A DNA stretch of 62,134 bases, the filler included, from Squatina squatina (taxonomy: Eukaryota), in assembly GCA_031763465.1 (NCBI GenBank). It is 4 parts of 4 records of this genome, joined end to end, with 100 filler letters (N's around TTAATTAATTAA, not from the genome) between each part and the next. Parts side by side here need not be neighbours in the genome. Positions count along the whole stretch, not along the records: positions 1 to 13,986 come from JARFOE010000100.1; 3 more parts are not named here. The stretch is one strand, 5' to 3'. The translations under genes were made by a program, and so were the position numbers. Shown here piece after piece: positions 1-12,500 of this stretch. The notes beneath the pieces are model-generated. The model ran no database searches, was not told where the DNA came from, and saw only the letters and a program-made list of their open reading frames with translations. Position 1 is the first letter of the stretch. Every line of letters begins with the position of its first letter.

Positions 1-45
1 ACACCCCAGGTCTCTTGAGCACTTCCAAACAAAATGTATGCTGCA

Positions 46-298
46 CAGGTTGCCATGCCAACCCTCCAGGATTGCCCTGGAGTCTCCAGAAATTGATGAT
101 ACTGCGAGCAACCTGGGAGAAAAATAATACGGGCATTTAAAAAACAATGTCTTTGAAACCTTTCATATATTGATTTTAGAAATATTGGAGATGAGGGAGA
201 CAAGGCTGTTTAACTATTCAGAACTGTTGGTGGGGGCGGGGTTGGTGGTCTTGTGATGTAGCCTGTAGGAATACAGCCAACCAGAGTTGGCAACCCTG
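46..298. mobile_element. Short non-autonomous DNA transposon (hAT-like MITE)
   Basis: Inverted ends caGGTTGCCA(tgcc)ACCCT... and ...GTTGGCAACCCTG. A related left end (gggttgccaaccctccagg...agtctccag...gggcattaaaaaaa) recurs at 48281-48418. Confidence 0.5.
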
Positions 299-790
299 CG
301 CAGAGGCACAGACCAGAAGACAAACAAGCTTTTTTTTCTTGCCCTAAAAGAAATTCATTTTAAACTGAGGAGTAATGAAAATACTTTTAAGCTGGAACTG
401 TTTGCAGGGAATGCCTGAATTTTGAAGCGAACAGAATCAGGAAATAGCCTGAGAGTTGAGAGTGCTACAGCGCCGCCAATGGAGAAAATAATGATTTCAG
501 GCATTACCTATTGATGACAGCGAGCATCCTCTTGACTCTGGCCTAAATTATGTGTTCAAGTCTTGTAGTGCAGGACTTTCTGACACAACGGGGCGAGACA
601 AGCCATGGCATGTGGGACAGAAAAATCCAATGAGGGAAGAAATATGTACATCAAACATGGTGCGCCTGCTTTGTTATTTTGTAGAGGGCTATGTATTAAA
701 CTGCCCGATTCTTTACCTGCAAATTAAGATTGGTTGATCAGTTGGAGGAAGTAATGATTTGCTGCTGATTGTGACATCTTTCTTGCACAG

Positions 791-965
791 ATCTGGGTGA
801 GCAGCCCTCACAATGCCACTGGATACTACACTGTTTATGGTGAAGAGTCCTTGCATGCTGACCATTTTAATGCAAAGCTCAGTTTTGGGGACACACAGAC
901 CTTGTGGGCACGGACAGGATATCTGGGATTTCTTCGCAGAACAGATCTGACTGATGCAACTGGAG
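791..965 (+). CDS. DIP2A: DIP2A internal exon (C-terminal AMP-binding-like domain)
   Basis: Flanked by ttgcacag and gtaag. Translates IWVSSPHNATGYYTVYGEESLHADHFNAKLSFGDTQTLWARTGYLGFLRRTDLTDATG, matching DIP2A (VSSPHNATGYYTVYGEE) better than DIP2C as remembered. Confidence 0.88.
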
Positions 966-1175
966 GTAAGGCTTGGTGCGCACCAACAATGAGAAATAGC
1001 AGTCATTTAGTTACTCAGTTTGGCTTTAAGGTTTAAATTGTGTAATACATTTCAAGTAAGCAAATNNNNNNNNNNNNNNNNNNNNNNNNNNNNNNNNNNN
1101 NNNNNNNNNNNNNNNNNNNNNNNNNNNNNNNNNNNNNNNNNNNNNNNNNNNNNNNNNNNNNNNNNTTTGTTAAAG

Positions 1176-1263
1176 GTCCTGTGGCGATTCACTGGAAAGA
1201 CTCCAACTACACTGGCGCCAAATACAAAACTAGTGAAATGGCTACCACAGAACGATCTACTAG
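1176..1263 (+). CDS. UGT1A: UDP-glucuronosyltransferase common exon (88 nt; UGT1A exon-3 equivalent)
   Basis: ag|GTC...CTAG|gtaag. Reads [30 protein letters not shown], the start of the UGT signature, at the typical 88-nt size. Confidence 0.9.
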
Positions 1264-1489
1264 GTAAGATGCTAATCCATCATTTATGTGGACTCACCAA
1301 AAATAGTTGTCCAATGGTGAGCCTGGTTCAATTAATGTTTTTCAGACTGGCGAATCGGAGCCCTGGTCTGCTCCAGGAATCAGTGCTGGGGTCTCTCTTG
1401 TTCTCCATTGACATAAAATGATTTAGGCATTGGCACAGGAGGAGCAATATTGGAAGCTTGCTAATAATACCAAATTAAGGGTTAAAGAA

Positions 1490-1911
1490 AGAACTTGTAT
1501 TTATACAGTGCGTTTCGTGAACTGAGGACATTCCCAAAGCACTTTGCAGCCAATGAAGTACTTTTGGAGTGCAGTCACTCTTGTGATGTAGGAAGTGCAG
1601 CAGCCAATTTGCGCACAGCAAAGTCCCACAAACAGCAATGTGGTAATGGCGAAATAATCTTTTTTTGGTGTTGTTGATGGAGGGATAAATATTGAGTAGG
1701 ACACTGGGGAGAACTCCCCTGCTCTTCATCAAAAACAGTGCCCTGGGGTCTTTTACGTCCAATTGAGCGGGCAGACAGGGCCTTGGCTTAATGTCTCATT
1801 TGAAAGATGGCACCTCCGACAGTGTGGCGCTCCCTCAGTACTGCACTAGACTGTCAGCTCAGATTTCATGATCAGGACTAAGGAGTGGGTCTTGAACCTA
1901 CAACCTTCTGA
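1490..1911 (-). mobile_element. tRNA-derived Deu-domain SINE (SacSINE1/DeuSINE-like)
   Basis: The reverse strand has a tRNA-like head (tcagaaggttgtaggttcaagacccac), a Deu-like core and a tail ending ...tataaatacaagt. Multiple copies occur in the window. Confidence 0.8.
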
Positions 1912-2369
1912 TTTGAAAGGTTAGCTGGTTTTAACTTCAAGTCCAATATCTAAATATGCTCATGAATTCAGAGTGGTTCACACTGTGGCTGCACTCAATC
2001 TCTGTCTGGTGTTCACCTGCGAGTGATGGGGTATGTGCTCTATACAGCCTGGCTTTCCTTTAGAGTGACTAAGGTCCATTCTGTTCTTGCTGCAATGAAA
2101 GGGTCAGGTGACCCACCCTCTCCCTTGAATTAGTGAGGCTGTTGACATGGGAAAACACAATTATTAGCTGCCTCTTTTGGACAGTCTGTAAGATTTCTAA
2201 TTTATACTAAATCTAGGAGATGCTGGTTGAATCACCTCACTGTTTTCACTGCCTAGCTCCNNNNNNNNNNCAGCAGGTTCGATTAATTATTGAAAATAAT
2301 TGTGTAGTCAAGCTTTCAATGAGACTCAGTAATGTTTGACTTCATTTGCTTCACTCTAATGTGAACCAG

Positions 2370-2589
2370 GACACCCCAAAACAAGAGCCTTCATCACCCA
2401 TGGAGGGACCAATGGAATTTATGAGGCTATCTGCAGTGGTGTACCATCTGTCATGTTACCATTATTTGGGGATCAAGGATATAACGTACAACGCATGGTG
2501 GCTCAAGGTGCAGGTATCGACCTAGATGTAGAACAGATGAGCTCCCACGATCTAGTTAATGCATTAAACACAGTTATCAATGATACCAG
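2370..2589 (+). CDS. UGT1A: UDP-glucuronosyltransferase common exon (220 nt; exon-4 equivalent), absent from the ORF track
   Basis: cag|GACAC...ACCAG|gtcagt. Reads [72 protein letters not shown] and is in phase with the previous exon. UGT1 rather than UGT2 is inferred from EAIC and the neighbouring genes. Confidence 0.9.
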
Positions 2590-4954
2590 GTCAGTAAAAT
2601 GAATTATTCCATTCTTACCTTAAGAAAGAAAGACTTGCATTTGTGTAATACAAACAGAAAATGCTGGAAATACTCANNNNNNNNNNNNNNNNNNNNNNNN
2701 NNNNNNNNNNNNNNNNNNNNNNNNNNNNNNNNNNNNNNNNNNNNNNNNNNNNNNNNNNNNNNNNNNNNNNNNNNNNGAAGTGATTTCCAGCACGGAGCTT
2801 TGCGGGATTTTTGCAAAGCTTGCACTAGAAATCTATCAAACTTTTTTTTTAAAAACGCATGCTAAAAGCGTATATGCTTGGCTTTACCAGCATAAGAGTT
2901 ATAAAAAAAAATTTAGAACAAAAAAAAGTTTGTGGCACATTACTTTAAAACCATTCCCATTAATGTTTTTAAACATTTGAAAAGATTTTTGTTTAAATTT
3001 CAAAAAAATTGTCTTATTTATCTCCTTTTTATTAAATTTTAGTGTTGGGATAGTTGTGTGTTTTTGGAAGTGTTTCTGCACCTAGGGAACCATGCTGCTC
3101 TGGCGTTTTACTCTTGTATCCCAATGATTCCCAGCAACTTTCATCATCTGAAATGTCCTCAAGTTCCAACAGTGTCTGCAGGTTGACTTGCTCAGGTTTC
3201 AGATCATAAAAAGAGTGATCACTGGTGAATCTGCGTGGAGCACTGGGAGTTTCAATATGGACCAAGGACAGTGCCTTCTTGGTCAGTGTCAGTTTAATAC
3301 TCGTGGAATGTTCCGCTTCTAATTCAGAGCAGCCAGATTTTCCTTCCTTTGACAGAGTCTCCTCTGTGACTCTTTTTCTTGTTTTTTTCTCATTTCACTT
3401 TTAATATACCATGTCACTTCTACAAGATGGTTTTATCTCTCACTACTTCATAACCCGTATACTTCCCTTTCTCCTCTGATGGTATTTTCTTGCAATTTAT
3501 TTTAGTTAAGCCTTCTGCTTCTGTTCCAATAGCTCTACTAATCCTGCTCACCCCCTGTAGTCTCAAACCTAGACTTCTTCCCCACCCCTGACTGCCATTT
3601 TAGTTTAAATCCTACCCCACTGCTCTATTTGCACTTTCTACAAGGATGTTGGTGTCATTTTGGATTAAGTGAAGTTCGCATCTCTTGTTCCAGAACTCAC
3701 TCCAATGCACCAACTCTGACCCTTTCCCTCCTCCACCAGTCCTACAGCCAAACATTGACACTCTTGTTCTTCCTCTCTATAGCCTGTCCTGCATGTGGCA
3801 CAGAAAACAACCCAGAAGTTCACCACCCTGGATGACTTGTTTTTCAATCTAGTTCCTAACTCCTTAAAAGTGGGAGGAAAAGCTGGTTTTAAAGAGAAAC
3901 ACACTGGAGCTGAAATTGCGGACGCAGGCGTCCAACTGGAAAGATTCGTACGAACTTACCTGATGGTCTGGGAGCTGCGAAAACTTGCATTCTTGGACCT
4001 CCACATGTAGGCAGTCGTAGCGGCCCGGGGATCTCTCCAGTGTATGTGGATCGCATACACTGAGGAGATCATGTGGCAGGCCCCAACCAATCAAATAGGA
4101 GTATCCCCCATTCATGCTTCTGCTGATCTCTGCCTTATATGGAGATCAGCAGAAGCATGAACAGGAGATAGTAAAACTGCACAAGCACTTAAAAATAAAC
4201 TTTAAAATCTATTGAAACATTAACATTTAATAAAATTATATATAATTAGACACATACAAAAGCATTTTTGAAAATTCTTTTTAAATGTCTAAAAATATAC
4301 TTACCTTACTGGACATGGTTTTTAAGCAATGTACCACTAATTTATTTTATTTTTACAGTTTTAAAAACTCTTACACTGGTAAAAGTAAGCCTGTAAGCTA
4401 GCTTTTACATTGCATAAAAANNNNNNNNNNNNNNNNNNNNNNNNNNNNNNNNNNNNNNNNNNNNNNNNNNNNNNNNNNNNNNNNNNNNNNNNNNNNNNNN
4501 NNNNNNNNNNNNNNNNNNNNTTCTTGTACACGAAGGTAACCTTTCATGAATTCAAAATAATAATCCCTCTAAGTACTCGCTGAAGCCTGCTATTTTTTTC
4601 TTCACTTCCTGGTTAATTGCGCTGGATTTCCTGATCGGAACATTGCAAAGTTTGTTTTTGCCTGCCCCCTGCTGCCAGCATGCCTTGGTAGATGTTTTGA
4701 ATTGATATACAAGGGTAGATTTTCTGAGCTCATGCTCATGGAGGAAGTACCTTTCATCAGTAACCCACCTGTGATTTTTGTTTTTCAATGCATGGTGCTG
4801 GGGAGGGTGAAGAAATCTACCCTATTGGGTTTGTGTGCTGCTGTCTTCCAATTTTCTATAATGTGTTTTAAAGGCGGAACACCATATACATTTCAAATGT
4901 ACTTAAAATGAATGTTAAAAATCAAGCTGAACATCCCTTTATTTTCTTTTGCAG

Positions 4955-5043
4955 TGAACTTTGAAGCTTTGATCATTGCCATGTCAGTGGTTGGAGGAGT
5001 TCTAATCTTGTCACTGTGTATCTGCTGCTGTTGCTGCTGCAGC
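4955..5043 (+). CDS. PTTG1IP: PTTG1IP transmembrane/poly-Cys exon (3' boundary uncertain)
   Basis: ttttcttttgcag acceptor. Reads VNFEALIIAMSVVGGVLILSLCICCCCCC, characteristic of PTTG1IP. Confidence 0.8.
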
Positions 5044-5629
5044 GTGAGACTTGACAGCGCCAACCTCAATAGTTATCAACAGAATAAATCATGACCGATT
5101 ACCATATATGTATTCGTAAATTCATGAATATATTGATAGACGTTATTGAATAAGTGGGATTTTTTTCACTATAATCTTTATGACCAAAGATACAAAAATA
5201 GATGGTGAGATGTAAGGCCAACACCTACTGGACGACTAAACCTAATCAGTAAAATAGGCCCTTTTTTTGCCCATTTCTTAGAAAATCTGTCTCTCTTGTT
5301 CTGAGAATGTGCCATTTTTATACAGTTCTGTATGCTAATAGATATAATTAATTATTCTGAATGAATGGGCCTGAAATTCAGCGAGGTGCAAAGTTCGGTT
5401 AATCCCTACTTCAGGCGTTAACGGGGTGCTAAACATTCTTAAGGCGCTAAATCGCCGTTTATCGCCTCCAGTGAAATTCGCTAGGCCAAAACTTTTAGTG
5501 CTAAAGTTTAGTACCTCACTGGACAGGCGNNNNNNNNNNNNNNNNNNNNNNNNNNNNNNNNNNNNNNNNNNNNNNNNNNNNNNNNNNNNNNNNNNNNNNN
5601 NNNNNNNNNNNNNNNNNNNNNNNNNNNNN

Positions 5630-5908
5630 CTACTTTCACTCTCTCTCCACTCTCTCTCATTCACCTTCTCTCCTCACCTCTCCTCTCATCTCTTGGCCCA
5701 TTCTCTCTCTCTCTCATCTCTGTCTCCTACTTTCACTCTCTCTCCACTCTCTCCCATTCACCTTCTCTCTCTCCTCTCCTCTCCTCTCATCTCTTGGCCC
5801 ACTCTCTCTCTCTCTCCACTCTGTCTCCTTCTCTCACTCTCTCTCTCTCTCTCCTGTCTCTCCTCTCGCCCTCGCCCATCTCAATCTCTCATCTGTCTCT
5901 CCTCTCGC
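5630..5908. repeat. CT-rich low-complexity/microsatellite tract
   Basis: Near-pure (CT)n/pyrimidine sequence. Confidence 0.9.
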
Positions 5909-6418
5909 ACATTGGCTACTGATACAGCAGCAAACACTTGACTCTGGCAGGAGTCCAGGATCTGATTATGACCCTCTGAGTGGGCCCTTGCTCACCTATC
6001 TGAGACACTATTAGCTGGTGACAGGGCTAGGGCCTTTGCCAGATAGGCTGCTGCTAAGGCAGTTTTGCTACCAATGAGCAGTCTGACACCAGATAGATCG
6101 CAGACACAGAATAAAAAATAACGGAGCAGTCTCACTGAAGAAAACGCATTACTCACTTCTGCCTTGGCTGAGAATCCTAACTCAGCAAAGAAGCTAAAAG
6201 CATAAACAGCTCTCCCTCAAATAGCTTGTTTATAACTATAAGCCATGCCCCACTCTCTCCAGCCCTGATCTACTTATGTCCTTTATACCAAAGGGCGGGG
6301 GAATGGGACTAGCTGAGGNNNNNNNNNNNNNNNNNNNNNNNNNNNNNNNNNNNNNNNNNNNNNNNNNNNNNNNNNNNNNNNNNNNNNNNNNNNNNNNNNN
6401 NNNNNNNNNNNNNNNNNN

Positions 6419-6935
6419 AGGAAGGATATATTGGCCTTGGAGGGGGTGTAGCGCAGATTCACCAGAATGATACCGGGACTAAAAAGGTTAAATTTAAGGG
6501 CTGGATGCACAGACTAGGCCTGTATTCCCTCGAGTATAGAAAATTAAGGGATGATCTAATTGAGGTTTTAAGATGATTGAAGGATTTGATAGGGTAGATA
6601 GAGAGAGAGAGAAACTATTTCCATTGGGAGGGGAATCCAGAACAAGGGGACAAAACCTTAATTAGAGCTAGGCCTTTCAGGGGTTATGTCAGGAAGCACT
6701 TCCTCACACAAAGAGTGGTGGAAATCTGGAACTTTCTTCCCCAAAAAGCTGTTGAGGCTGGGGGTCAATTGAAAATTTTAAAACAGAGATTGATAGATTT
6801 TTGTTAGTTAAGGGTATCATGGGATAGGGAGCAAAGGCAGGTAGATGGAGTTAAGATACAGATCAGCCCAGATCTAATTGAATGGTGGAACAGGCTCGAG
6901 GGGCAGAATGGCCTCCTCCTGTTCCAATATTCCCA
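6419..6935 (+). mobile_element. CR1-like LINE 3' end
   Basis: Decayed ORF2 C-terminus (KDILALEGV*RRFTRMIPGLK...) and a typical CR1 3' UTR (gatcagcc...gaatggtggaacaggctcgaggggcagaatggcctcctcctgttcc). Confidence 0.8.
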
Positions 6936-7293
6936 TGTACAGCTGTGAGAAAGTGCTCTGTGCCATTACCACAACACAGAGGGCACAGAGTAAGTTGAAG
7001 TACCCAGTGAGAAAAGCTGAGGCAGACTTAATCTGGTCCTAATTGGGCAGCACTTGACACGGGAATAAAACTTCTTTGCTCCCGCACGATAATCAATCAC
7101 AAACTACAATGGCCTACTCCTGTTCCTTTGAATAGAAGGTTATGTTGATAGGATGAGATGAAATAGGGTGGGAGGAGGCTCGCATGGAGCTTAAACACCA
7201 GCACATACCAGTTGGGCCAAATGGCCTGTTTCTGCGCTGTAAATTCTATGTCATTCTACGTACAAGCACTCTTTCACAGTCGAAGGCACTTAC

Positions 7294-7835
7294 CAAAAAA
7301 TTATCAGGGTCTGCACCACCAGCCAATGCTACAAAGACCCCGGAGGAGTCATCGATCTCCATCTCGTCCGGAGACCTTTCAAAGTGGACACGCTTCTGCT
7401 CCTCGCAGTCCAGGTAGAGTGCCACCGTCTCATCCTGCACGCTGATGGCGATCTTGGTCCATTTGTTGGTCAAGTGCTCCACCCAGAAGGTGGCAGCCTC
7501 GTTGGTCTCTTGAGAACCAGGCTCTGTGTAGTAGAAAATAATGTTCTGGGATCCATCCTTGACCTCCGAGAGCTTAACTCCGACGTAGATGATTTCCTGT
7601 CTGGCGTCTGTGATGGCAAAGAGCACACCACTCTTTGTGGACGTTGGCTTGATCGTGAAGAGGAGCGAGAAGTCACGGAAGAAGGGGTTTTGAAAATAGG
7701 CTCTGGCTGGCTGTCCAGTGTTCGCATCCGAGCCAAACTCATATATTGGATTCTGGTCAGGACCATACGTCACGGTTATTTGCTTAGGAGGATGGTCTCC
7801 TATCAACTGTAGCAGAGACACGGAATGGTCATTAT
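7294..7835 (-). CDS. COL18A1: Collagen XVIII alpha-1, TSPN/LamG-like domain exon
   Basis: Minus-strand tttag acceptor and gtaagt donor. Reads VSLLQLIGDHPPKQIT...FFRDFSLLFTIKP...YTEPGSQ...LYLDCEE...AGGADPDNFL, matching the COL18A1 N-terminal TSPN domain. Confidence 0.9.
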
Positions 7836-8073
7836 CTAAAGAGGAGGGAACAGAAAAAAGAAACTAGATTTATTAAAGCTAGAATATCAAACTATCGAGG
7901 ACTTCCAGGATGGAGAATTTTTAGGTAGGGTTCTGATTGCTGACCATTCCCATTCTCTGCTGACTCATGTTGGNNNNNNNNNNNNNNNNNNNNNNNNNNN
8001 NNNNNNNNNNNNNNNNNNNNNNNNNNNNNNNNNNNNNNNNNNNNNNNNNNNNNNNNNNNNNNNNNNNNNNNNN

Positions 8074-9233
8074 TGCGTGTGCGTATAGTGTGTGTATAAT
8101 GTGTGTGTAGTGTGTGTATACTGTGTGTGTCTTGAGTGTGTGTCTATAGTGTTTATATAGTGTTTGTACAAAATGTGTGTGTATAGTGAGTGTGTATAGT
8201 GTGTGCACAGTGTGTGTGTATGGAGTGTGTGTGTTTATAGTATGTGTGTGTATAGTGTGCATGTATAGGGTTTGTGTGTGTAGTGTGTGTGCAGAGCGTG
8301 TGTGCAGTGCGTGTGTGCAGTGCGTGTGTAATGTAAGTGTATAGTGTGCATGAATAGTGTATGTGTATATCATGTGCACTTAGTGTGTGTATGTATCATG
8401 TTTGTGTATCGTGTGTGTATCGGGTATGTGTAGTGTGTGCATATAGTGCATGTTTATATTGTGTTTGTTAATAGTGCTTGTGTGTATAGTGTGTATAGTG
8501 TGTGTGTATAGTGCGTGTGCATAGTGCATTTGAATAGTGTGTGTAGAGTGTGTGTGTAGTTTGTGCATAGTGTGTATAGTGTGTATGTATAGTGTGTGTT
8601 AATAGTGCTTGTGTGTATATAGTTTGTATAGTGTGTGTGCATAGTGTGCATGTTAATACTGCTTGTGTGTATAGTGTGTGTGCATAGTGTGTGTGTAGTG
8701 TGTGTGTAGTGTGTGTGTAAAGTGTATGTGTATTGTGTGTGTATAGTGTGTGTGTACAGTCTGTGTGCATAGTGTGTGTAGAGTATGTGTGTAGAGTGTG
8801 TGCATATAATGTGTGTGTATAGTGTGCCCCTAGAGTGTGTGTGTGGAGAGTGCGCGTAGAGTGTGTGCGTAGAGTGTATGTGTGTAGTGTGTGTATTGTG
8901 TGTGCATATAGTGTGTATAGTGCATGTTTATATTGTGTTTGTTAATAGTGCTTGTGTGTATAGTGTGTGTGTATAGTGTGTGTGTGCATAGTACCTGTGT
9001 ATAATATGTGTGTATAGTATGTGTGCATAGTGTATGTGTATAGTATGTGTGTAGAGTGTGTGCGTAGAGTGTGTATGTAGAGTGTTTGTGTATAGTGTGT
9101 GTATAGTGTGTGCTTGTGTGTATAGTGTGTTGTGTGTTGTGTGTGCGCGCAGTGTGTGTGTATAGTGTGTGTGCATAGTGTGTGTACGGTGTGTGTGTAT
9201 AGCGTGTGTGTTGTGTGTGTATATAGTGTGTGT
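8074..9233. repeat. GT/TA-rich low-complexity satellite
   Basis: Degenerate (gtgtgtata)n array. It produces spurious His/Thr/Tyr ORFs. Confidence 0.92.
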
Positions 9234-9339
9234 NNNNNNNNNNNNNNNNNNNNNNNNNNNNNNNNNNNNNNNNNNNNNNNNNNNNNNNNNNNNNNNNNNN
9301 NNNNNNNNNNNNNNNNNNNNNNNNNNNNNNNNNATTGTC

Positions 9340-9562
9340 TGGAATGTCTTCTGCATTCCAGACAATCACACTATCATGTTACCCTTTGTCCGTCCCTCTC
9401 CCCTCCCACCCACCCCCCACCCCTTTGCCTGTCAGTGCTTTAAAACTTGCTGTATTTCTGGCGTTTTCAGTTCTGACGAAGGGTCATCGACCCGAAACGT
9501 TGACTCTGTTTTTCTCTGCACAGATGCTGCCTGACCTGAGTTTTTCCAGCAATTTTTGTTTG
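9340..9562 (+). mobile_element. Penelope-like element terminal remnant with hammerhead-ribozyme-like core
   Basis: ctgacga-a-gggtc atc gaccc-gaaacgtt followed by cagatgctgcctgacctgagtttttccagca. Related sequence occurs at 2640-2676 and 57950-58140. Confidence 0.55.
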
Positions 9563-12500
9563 TATATTGACAATGAGGTATTTGAGCATACCGCTTATGG
9601 TGTATCTGGTAAGCTCTTGTATATGTCTTGATACCAATGCTAGGTTATCAAAGATTTAGTTTTACTGTAAAATACAGATTGAACTATCTCAGGAATGAGT
9701 GCTTGGCTGCATTCTTTCCCCTTCCAACACTTAACTGGGCCCATGCTGAAGAATTGTGAAGGTGCAGAGGGTGCGTGGAGCCATATCCTACCAAAAAGTC
9801 AGAGCCTTCAGGAAAGGTGATCGTGAAGAAAATTGGTGGAAAATAATAAAATGTAGTTATACTCAAAAGAAATGTTTGTAATCTTTGAAGCCTGTATCTG
9901 CCTACTAATGGAACATCATAACCCAATTTGGCAGGCTGCAGGAAGAGCATATTTCCTGCTTCTGTGTAGTTAGTCACTTGTATAAATGGATTAATTGAGG
10001 TTGACTTACTCTATGCCAGAATCCATTTTCCAGAAAGCAGCTGTGTGGCCAGGCTTTATAATCCTTTATAAAATGATGACTGGAACAAACCTCTAAGATT
10101 TGCCAGGATCTGAGCTAAACTTCCATGCTGCAACTATACCTCACCATTCTGTATAATAAATCTTGATGGAAGCTTCACACAGTAAATGTCACACTGAACA
10201 ATTGTCTCAAGTTGTACAGTTGGCTGGAATTTTGCTTCTTGGAGGCTCTCATGCCTAACTTGAGTGTACAATCTGCAGATGTCTTTATGATCTTGGCAAG
10301 CATCGTCGTCAATTTTGAGACATATCAAGTGCCATTATGCTGTTCAATATACATTATTAAAAATCCACATTTGTCGTACTCTTCATTAGTAATTGTACTT
10401 TTGTTAAGTCCACTCTCACTGAGCTCAGTTGCTCCTCCAAGCTGGTTCTCCTAATGTCATCAATACTAAAACAAAATAAAAATAGAATGTACTGGATGGT
10501 ATTCAAAGTAAAGATTGTACCCTTTAATTAGGAAGGAGTTTCATCACCAGCACTCCTTTATTTAAAGAAGTTAAAAGATTGATACTTTTGATAAATTCAT
10601 TGCATAATTTAAAATTTCACTGTATACCTGCGTTAGCTACAGGCTTGCCTATCCCTTCTTGGAAAAATGAAACTAACAGTTGCATTTGACGTGTTAAACT
10701 GTAAAGTGGACAGGGCACAAGGTCCTTGCATATTAACCATTATGTACTGTGATACATTAAACAGTTTGTTTNNNNNNNNNNNNNNNNNNNNNNNNNNNNN
10801 NNNNNNNNNNNNNNNNNNNNNNNNNNNNNNNNNNNNNNNNNNNNNNNNNNNNNNNNNNNNNNNNNNNNNNNTTATCATAACGGAATCTGGAGATAAATGG
10901 CTGAGAACCTGCCAAGGATCATTCCGGTTCTGTCTGGAGGTGGGTTTGAATATTTAACTGTGAAAGTCTGGTAGATTACGAGGCCAACAGTTGAGATCCA
11001 AAGTGAAATTCTTTTCCATTTGGAGATAATTAATTTAATTGAATAAATTAGAGTCAATGATTAGTTTCAAAAGCCCAAATTTAAGAATCTGTTCCTCCCA
11101 AGAGCCTGAAATTTAATCCAATAAGGGATGAAACAGGATGAAGAATCTTGTCCTCTGCTTTAGGGAAGATGAAGAGAAAGCTGATGACAAATTGGAGGAT
11201 ATGGGGGATAGCTGAGTTACTGTAATGTTAATGAACTAGAGTTTCCTAGTCTTGATAATTATTCCAGATATTTGTGGGAATGGGTTAGGGACTATCAAGA
11301 AGATTTACTTTGTGTATTAACAAGTGGGAGCCTCGAGCGGAAATGGGAAACTTTTTTTTCCTTCAGTTGCCTCTTTGCATTAAACCTTTTGAAGATAGTC
11401 TGTGCGACCAGAGTGGGGACTTCATTCACTATGATCATCTTGAGGTTTGTCATGTTCAACTTTGGGAGAAAAAAGCTATTTCACAGACACACACTTTTTA
11501 AAAGCATGTGGTTCAGTTCTTAAAAATAACAATTAGACCTTTAAGCAACTTGTTACATTCAGGATTTATGATTTGGCATGGGAGAACCTTCGTATAAAAT
11601 ACTATTATTGTGTTAGATTTAGCTCGGATTAATTCTCATGACAGCAGGGTTGGGTGTTGGAGATTTGAATCGGAACCAAGATGCTGAAGATAATTGAACA
11701 TTCTAGTTGACACTGGAATTAGGCTTTTAGAACTAGAAGGCTGCAAAAGCAGTCTAGTTTTGTAAAATAAAGCTGTGAGAATCTTTGAGGTGAAGAGGTT
11801 GAAAATGGAGGAGGATAGTTCGACATCTTCAAGTTAAGTCTAAGTCATATCCATTGATACAAGGAAGCATAGCGTATTCTTTGTTTTGAACTAAGTGAAT
11901 CTGATTATAACTTGGCTCTGTATGTGCACTGACTGAAGTAAGGCCGGTTAATGATTTATATTGAACCTTGCCTCACCAAGATAACGTAGCCCATTTTCAG
12001 AAACTTTGAAGAATTACACACAAAAGACAACTGTGTGGCTCAGATCTGAAGAGGGTGCTCTTTGTACATCATAAAGATGAGACAATGTGAATCAACTCCT
12101 ATAGCACGAAGATGCTCAGCCTATTTAAGGCAGTGACAGATGCCATTGTACAAACACAAAATGCATTTTTTATTTGTATTCTAGATTCCAGCATCCGCAG
12201 TATTTCGCTTCTGTACCGATGCCATTGTATCTAGTAGACCAAAATTTGTGCCAGCTGACTTCATCTAAGCATCAGGGATTCAGTTCTAATGGTATCTCAC
12301 ACAATTTAAAAGTGCACTTATGAAAGTCATGTGCCACTCCTGCCAAGTGTTGCATGGAAATGATGAACACTTAGCTTCAACGTGAGATGTATTAAGAAAC
12401 GAGGCACTGGCAAAATAAGCACAACTCCATTATTTAAAGGATTTGCAATCAGTGCTACTCTTAATGATCAAAAGTCTTATTCCTAATACTTCCCAATTTT

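Noticed and set aside
5426-5941. 171-aa Leu/Ser-rich ORF
   Set aside because: It spans an N gap and a CT microsatellite.
7921-9369. Several long His/Thr/Tyr-rich ORFs
   Set aside because: They are translations of a (GT/TA) low-complexity repeat and partly run through Ns.
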